Notes under the pieces: model-generated
What the model was told of the DNA's origin: nothing
Database searches by the model: none
Seen by the model: the letters and a program-made list of their open reading frames with translations, nothing else
Shown: positions 58,426 to 64,000 of the stretch, piece by piece
Layout: each line of letters begins with the position of its first letter
Numbering within the stretch: the stretch's first letter is position 1
Position numbers and translations under genes: made by a program
Source: Candidatus Poribacteria bacterium
Lineage (GTDB): Bacteria; Poribacteria; WGA-4E; WGA-3G
Length of the DNA: 64,000 nucleotides
Assembly: GCA_965242965.1 (NCBI GenBank)
Contig: OZ251518.1
Span: 1,344,001 to 1,408,000 of the forward strand
Reading direction: 5' to 3'

Positions 58426-60237
58426 CTACCCCGTAACCCCCATCGCTTCCAACTCCGCAATCTGTCTCAGCCACGATTCTCGGATTTCGGGAGAATAATC
58501 ACCCGGTAGCAACGATTTTCGGGTGCAATTGACAAACGCTTGCAGAATCTGATATCGCCGAATCGGGCCGATGTTGGGCAAGATTCTGTCAGTGACGACA
58601 TCAACAATGTCATCAACAGTCAACTCTCCCTTGAGGTTCTTCGTGGCCTCGAGGTCTGCCCGAAGTGAGGAGAAACTCGCGGCGGAATAGCCTTCGGTAT
58701 GTTCTAGCAGCAGTTGCAGTGCCGCATCGGGGAGGGTTTGGTTGAAAACGTTGGCGAGCGTCCAACGGAGGAACGCCTCCCGGTCTGCCCCACTCGGGTC
58801 AAGCACCGGGATGACGATGTCTCCGACGCGGCCTTCTCGACGCAGGTCTGGGGAAAGATTATAGATGCGCGCCGTCATCAGCAGCCATGTGATATTACCG
58901 CGGAGCTGCGGATCGGACATCATCGCCTGTATCTTCCCGGTGAGTCTGCGTTCGGTGCTGTGTGCATCCCTACCGACATCGCCGAACTGCGTATCCGCCT
59001 CATCAACGAAGATGAGCACCTTCACCAATGCCATGAGCAACCGCCGCAGCCGCTCAAAGATGACATCTGTCTGTCCAAACCACATGCTGCGAATGTTTTT
59101 CAACACGAGGACAGGAATGTCCAATTCGCCAGCGAGTCCCTCAAAGATAAACGTCTTTCCACTTCCGATGGGCCCGCAGACGCTCAGCCCAGAGATAGCA
59201 TCGGTGCCGGTAGAGGTAATCCGCGGAATCAGACGTGTTTTGAGGAATTCGACCAGGTTCTGGTTGCCGACGATGTCCTTTAGGGTGTGCGCGGGCTTCT
59301 TGAATTCCACCACGTCTTCCCCCAATTGCGCTTGGATAAACTCCGAGACTTTCTCAATGACTGCTTCTGGACGAAGTTTTTCGCCGGAATAGCACGCCGC
59401 CGCCAGCAGTTGCCGCAACGCTTGTAGCGATAAACCAGCCGTTAGCATGGCTAGTTGCGCTTGGGTTCCCCAGAGGTTTAATGTCTTCCCCGCCGGTTTT
59501 TGCGTTCGATTGAACCAGGAGATGAAATGCTGGCGCGCCTCCATCGGCGGCGATGGAATCTCAACGCTGATAACCTGCGGTAGACGCATAATTCGCGAGT
59601 TGACGAGACTTTTCGACTCTGTAACGAAGAGGACTGTATCGGTTGCTTTCATGAACTCGGAATCCGAAATCCAATCTTGCACGATGCTGACGCGGTGTCT
59701 ATCCGCCTGACTCAAACTCCGAATTTCGCCTTCGGGGAGCAACATATCGGTTGCTTCAATGATGATGAGCAGCTTCTCGGCTAACAACTTTTCACCGAGG
59801 TGGTTCGTCGTGCGCGAGATGAGGCAGAATTGGCGGAGGAGTTCTAGTGCCAGCGTCGGGCTGCCGATCGCGTCGTCGAGATAGCGTTCAAACACATCTT
59901 CGCTAGGTGGATATGACTTCTCATGGCCAGTTCTCACGTTACGTTCCGGCGATGCGGCTTGTCGCCATAAGTTGAAGGCGGTGCGCATCTGCTCTCTGGC
60001 ACTGGTGCGGAGGAAACGGAGCGGCCCGTTGAGTTCGTAGACTATTAGAATAAACCCTGGAATATCCCAACTGCGAGTGAGGAATTTCACGAGAGGAATA
60101 TAGTCGCCCTGCTCTCCATCGCCAACAAAGAAGAGATCGTGGATATTCCCCGAAAGGACGATGCTGCGCGAGGTGCCCGAATTGATGAGCAATCCTGCCT
60201 CGGTGCGGAATGTGTAGTGTGGATTTTTAATCGCCAT
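58426..60237 (-). CDS. AAA+ ATPase (degenerate N-terminal module plus one intact module)
   Basis: Walker A GPIGSGKT, Walker B IFVDEAD, SRH LSPDLRREGR; start uncertain (60237 or 60264). Confidence 0.85.
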   Translation of the reverse strand: MAIKNPHYTFRTEAGLLINSGTSRSIVLSGNIHDLFFVGDGEQGDYIPLVKFLTRSWDIPGFILIVYELNGPLRFLRTSAREQMRTAFNLWRQAASPERNVRTGHEKSYPPSEDVFERYLDDAIGSPTLALELLRQFCLISRTTNHLGEKLLAEKLLIIIEATDMLLPEGEIRSLSQADRHRVSIVQDWISDSEFMKATDTVLFVTESKSLVNSRIMRLPQVISVEIPSPPMEARQHFISWFNRTQKPAGKTLNLWGTQAQLAMLTAGLSLQALRQLLAAACYSGEKLRPEAVIEKVSEFIQAQLGEDVVEFKKPAHTLKDIVGNQNLVEFLKTRLIPRITSTGTDAISGLSVCGPIGSGKTFIFEGLAGELDIPVLVLKNIRSMWFGQTDVIFERLRRLLMALVKVLIFVDEADTQFGDVGRDAHSTERRLTGKIQAMMSDPQLRGNITWLLMTARIYNLSPDLRREGRVGDIVIPVLDPSGADREAFLRWTLANVFNQTLPDAALQLLLEHTEGYSAASFSSLRADLEATKNLKGELTVDDIVDVVTDRILPNIGPIRRYQILQAFVNCTRKSLLPGDYSPEIRESWLRQIAELEAMGVTG

Positions 60238-60311
60238 ATTTTTTACGTGAGTTCTCGGATGCACGGTAATGCCTATCCAAATCGGGTTCGTTTGGTATTA
60301 CAAGGTTATCG

Positions 60312-60992
60312 GAGGGTGTTTCATAACTCCGTTATGGATGCCTCTTTAGGGGCTTTAGCACCTACATGTCTATAGAAAAACAGACATGCCACCGTTTTCA
60401 AGGTCCGTTAGGACCTTAATCCAGCGGCAGCGAGGTGCACAGCGGCACATTAAGGTCCTACAGACCTTAGGGGGCACTGCGGTGCAGATGCTATAGACAT
60501 TAAGGTCTTACAGACCTTAGGCACGGCGAGGGAAACCCGCTCGCATGCGCGTGTGGCATCCGAGGGCCCTCGCCCTACGGCGAACGAGGACGATTTCTTA
60601 TTTCTTACCGTAGCGCGGGGGCCTGTCCCCCGCGATCGCCCGCGTGCCCCAGTGACTGTAGTTCGGGAGCACCTGCTCCCGAACGGGTCAAGATCTTATT
60701 TGTTACCGTAGCGCGGGGGCCTGTCCCCCGCGATCTTAATTGTCTGAAGCAGGATTTACAAGATTTTCAAGATTTACAGGATTAGGACCTCTTGGCGAGG
60801 CAAATCATCTTTCTACCGTAGCGCGGGGGCCTGTCCCCCGCGAGCTGCCGATCTCTACAAAAAATGCCCGCAGCCCAGAGACCCCGGATGGTTGCTCCAT
60901 GACCGAAGCATGGCGAGGGACAGGCCCTCGCCCTACGGTATAGAAGGCGGGCTTGATGCACGGCGAGGGACAGGCCCTCGCCCTACGGTGAA
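60312..60992. repeat. Composite intergenic repeat cluster
   Basis: Terminal motif at 60312, AAGGTCCTACAGACCTT module, A/B/E hairpins, 9-bp tandem. Confidence 0.9.
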
Positions 60993-61005
60993 CGGGCACG
61001 GTTTC

Positions 61006-64000
61006 CTACTTCCGAATCACCATCTTCCGCGTCGCAGAAAACTCTCCCGCTGACAACGTATAGAAATAGACCCCACTGGCAACAGACTCACCCGCCGCAT
61101 TCCGGCCATCCCAATACGCCGCACGACTCCGACTTGCATAACTCCCGGCACGCCGATGCCCGAGATCCAACATCCGAACCACCCCACCATTCGCCGCATA
61201 AATCGTCACCGTCACCGCAGCAGGTTTCGACAACTGATACGGAATCCACGTCTCCGGATTGAACGGATTCGGATAGTTCGCGAGCAGCAGCGTCTTATCC
61301 GGAACCAGTAGCGCAAGAAAGCCTTCTAATTTTGCTATCCCACGCCGAAACGCAGGAGAACCTGTGTTCGCCGCATACAAAAAATTCAGAGCCCACTCCA
61401 CCTTTTCAAGCGTGAGTCCTGCGGGGAGTGCCGCCTGTGACGGTGCAGCCGCCTCTCCCTCACCGAGGCGGCCAGCAACAAGCGCGAAATCTTCACCATC
61501 AACAACCCCATCCCCATTCACATCCGCGCGAGGGTTCTCAACAGGTTTGCCCATCGCTAGCGCGACGATGGCCAAATCTGCCAGGTCTGTCACACCATCG
61601 CCGTTCACATCCGCGACGAAATGCGGTGCTGCTTCGGTTGCAACCGCCATAAACAACACCCAAGACCGAATCCCCTCCGAAGTCGCCTTGACTTTATTCA
61701 CGCTTTCAGCCCTACCCAGCGTGAGGGTTACCCGCGCTTTGCCGCGCGCATCTGTCTTCACCGTTTTGGCACTGAGCCTCCCACCGCCTCCAAGGATATC
61801 AAATTGGACTGTCCTGCCGACTATCGGCTTACCGTGTTCATCCATCGCCTCCACGACAAAAGGGTTTGGCAATGCTGTGGCACCCGCGCCTTCTTGCCTA
61901 TCCCCAGAAACTTTCAACAAGGCAGGATGCGCGACGTTGTCAAATTCCACCTCTATCCCCTTCGCCTGCAACGCGGGAATATGCGTGTGGATAGAAGCGT
62001 AACTTAGCGGACAGCCTGTTAGGCGCAGCCCAATGCTGCCCCAGCCGGGCAGACTCAACCCTAGCAAGGGCGACACATCTGATACTGCGGTGGAGTTGAG
62101 ATACAGCCACTCCAAGTTTGTAAGGTTCGCCAGCGCAGAGACATCCGAGACACCGGTGCCGCCGAGATTCAGCCCCTCCAAGTTTGTAAGGTTTGCCAGC
62201 GCAGAGACATCCGAAACATCGGTTTTCCAGAGACCCAGAGACTTCAAGTTTTTGAGACTTGCCAGCGCAGAGACATCCGATACACCCGTGTCGGAGAGAT
62301 TCAGCCCCTCCAAGTTTGTAAGGGTTGCCAGCGAAGAGACATCCGAAACATCGGTGTAACTGAGAGACAGCGTCTCCAAGTTTGTGAGGGTTGCCAGCGC
62401 AGAGACATCCAAAACATCGGTGCCGCTGAGATCCAGCATCTCCAAGTTTGTCAGGGTTGCCAGCGAAGAGACATCCGAGACTAAAGTGCCGTTGAGATAC
62501 AGCATCTCCAAGTTTGTGAGGGTTGCCAGCGAAGAGACATCCAAAACATCGGTGCCGTTGAGATACAGCATCTCCAAGTTTGTCAGGGTTGCCAGCGAAG
62601 AGACATCCGAGACGGCGGTGTACCAGAGATTCAGCTCCACCAAGTTTGTAAGGTTCGCCAGCGCAGAGACATCCCGCAAGCCAGAAATTCCCGTTAGATT
62701 TAACTCTTCCAGGTCTGTTAACCTTTCAAGCGGTGAAAAATCGGATATTGCATTACTGTTGACAAGGCCGCTGTCAGTGTATTCACCACTCAGATCTACT
62801 TCTCTCAAATTGGCTGCATGCTCCAGCCCGGTGAGGTCTTTTATCCCGCGATCGCGGGCTCCAAGTCCAACGAGACCAAGGATGGAATGCGTTGTGACAG
62901 GCTCATTGGAAGTTAGAAAGAGTTCCTCACGGATGGCAGCGGCTAAATTTGGGTCAGGAATGGAGACAGGGGCTAAAGGCGGCAACTCGCGCAGAAAATC
63001 AAGATTCCGAATGTAGTACTTCCCCAGAACTAGCCTCTCCAGATTTGTTAAGTCCGACAAGGGTGAGAGATCGGAGATTGCATTACTGTTGACATATCCC
63101 TCGCCGCTGATGTATTCCGCACTCAGATACACTTCTGTCAAATTGACTGCATGCTCCAGCCCGGTGAGGGATTTTATGCCGCGATTGCGGGCTTCAAGTT
63201 TGACGAGGTTGAGGATGGAATGCGTTGTGAAAGTCTCACCGGAAGACATATTGAGTGCCTCACGCACCGCCGCTGCCAAATTTGAATCCGGGATAGAGAC
63301 AACTTTGGCAGGTGGCAGCAGGGAGGCGACATCAATTGGAAAACCTCTACCAACGCTGTCACCGTCTATACCAATAATCTGAAGGGCTACCGATTTAGTG
63401 TCGGGTGCTAAAGTGGTGACGAATTCAACGGTACTGCTGGTGGGATTTCCATCAATTCGCTTACAACCAATCAAACCACCAGAGTTAAAAGCGTATCCAT
63501 CACGCGCCCACTTTTCGTGTATCAGCAACCTCGCTTGATAGAGGGACCCGGCGGGTGCGGTTACCGTAAAACGGAGCCGGATGGCATTCGGTGGTGCAGC
63601 AAGGGTTGCGGGGAGCATCTGAATAGTGGCACGTGTGTCCCTCCGAACAACTGTAGGGTTGAAAGCAGGATGAACACCTAACCATGCAGCAAAGCAGGGA
63701 GATAACTCGTCGTTAGATCCATAACTCATGATATACCGATTGTCGCGAAAATCGTGATAGCCCATGCCAAACGCATGCCCTAGTTCATGCGCGATAGTGG
63801 ACCAATCCCAACAATAGATGTCTGCACCGCCCCCGTTATAAGGAGATCCGCCACCGTGTCCACACCCCCCGGCCGGAAGTTTTTCTTCGCCACCGGTATC
63901 TATCATAGTGACAGTGATACTCTTGTAAGGGATATAAACTTGTTCGTTGATTTCTTCATTCCAAGAGAGGTTCTGTTGATAATGGGCATACGGAAATTTT
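61006..64000 (-). CDS. Secreted zinc metallopeptidase with internalin-like LRRs, Big-like, dockerin-like and FlgD-Ig-like domains (5'-truncated)
   Basis: HELGHAFGMGYH, IPDSNLAAAVR LRR caps, 22-aa LRR repeats, VSGDRQEG Big-like region, DVNGDG, NYPNPFNPETWIPYQL; frame open to the window end. Confidence 0.88.
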   Translation of the reverse strand, partial: KFPYAHYQQNLSWNEEINEQVYIPYKSITVTMIDTGGEEKLPAGGCGHGGGSPYNGGGADIYCWDWSTIAHELGHAFGMGYHDFRDNRYIMSYGSNDELSPCFAAWLGVHPAFNPTVVRRDTRATIQMLPATLAAPPNAIRLRFTVTAPAGSLYQARLLIHEKWARDGYAFNSGGLIGCKRIDGNPTSSTVEFVTTLAPDTKSVALQIIGIDGDSVGRGFPIDVASLLPPAKVVSIPDSNLAAAVREALNMSSGETFTTHSILNLVKLEARNRGIKSLTGLEHAVNLTEVYLSAEYISGEGYVNSNAISDLSPLSDLTNLERLVLGKYYIRNLDFLRELPPLAPVSIPDPNLAAAIREELFLTSNEPVTTHSILGLVGLGARDRGIKDLTGLEHAANLREVDLSGEYTDSGLVNSNAISDFSPLERLTDLEELNLTGISGLRDVSALANLTNLVELNLWYTAVSDVSSLATLTNLEMLYLNGTDVLDVSSLATLTNLEMLYLNGTLVSDVSSLATLTNLEMLDLSGTDVLDVSALATLTNLETLSLSYTDVSDVSSLATLTNLEGLNLSDTGVSDVSALASLKNLKSLGLWKTDVSDVSALANLTNLEGLNLGGTGVSDVSALANLTNLEWLYLNSTAVSDVSPLLGLSLPGWGSIGLRLTGCPLSYASIHTHIPALQAKGIEVEFDNVAHPALLKVSGDRQEGAGATALPNPFVVEAMDEHGKPIVGRTVQFDILGGGGRLSAKTVKTDARGKARVTLTLGRAESVNKVKATSEGIRSWVLFMAVATEAAPHFVADVNGDGVTDLADLAIVALAMGKPVENPRADVNGDGVVDGEDFALVAGRLGEGEAAAPSQAALPAGLTLEKVEWALNFLYAANTGSPAFRRGIAKLEGFLALLVPDKTLLLANYPNPFNPETWIPYQLSKPAAVTVTIYAANGGVVRMLDLGHRRAGSYASRSRAAYWDGRNAAGESVASGVYFYTLSAGEFSATRKMVIRK
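62070..62700 (-). repeat. 66-bp intragenic tandem repeats encoding 22-aa LRR units
   Basis: About nine near-identical units (..TNLExLxLxxTxVSDVSxLAxL..). Confidence 0.9.

Noticed and set aside
1-64000. tRNA, rRNA, transposase, integrase or prophage genes
   Set aside because: None recognisable by eye; tRNAscan-SE and HMM searches would be needed to exclude divergent ones

Overview
Bacterial chromosomal window (about 55-60% GC by eye). It is most consistent with a Candidatus Poribacteria-like sponge symbiont. That is an inference from the abundant TolB/PD40, WD40 and LRR proteins, dockerin-like plus 'NYPNPFNPETWIPYQL' tails and 'TTWGxLK' C-terminal motifs. Left part: the 3' part of mfd, three SurA/PrsA-like chaperone genes, an LptD-like gene carrying internal parvulin domains, a HigBA-like toxin-antitoxin pair, an SDR and a type IIG/ISP-like restriction-modification gene. 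Middle: secreted repeat proteins and metabolic genes. The most striking feature is at 39756-48017: 13 head-to-tail paralogs, each exactly 606 bp, encoding a small PD-(D/E)XK nuclease-like protein. They sit behind one sigma70-like promoter, show mosaic (gene-conversion-like) sequence exchange, include three apparently damaged copies, and lie directly downstream of a second nuclease-methyltransferase gene. Intergenic space is saturated with several families of GTAG-footed REP-like hairpins and other modular repeats. Some of these are translated in frame inside proteins or supply stop codons. I could not support any rRNA, tRNA, CRISPR array or intact transposase gene. All protein-family calls come from motif recognition by eye, not from database searches.
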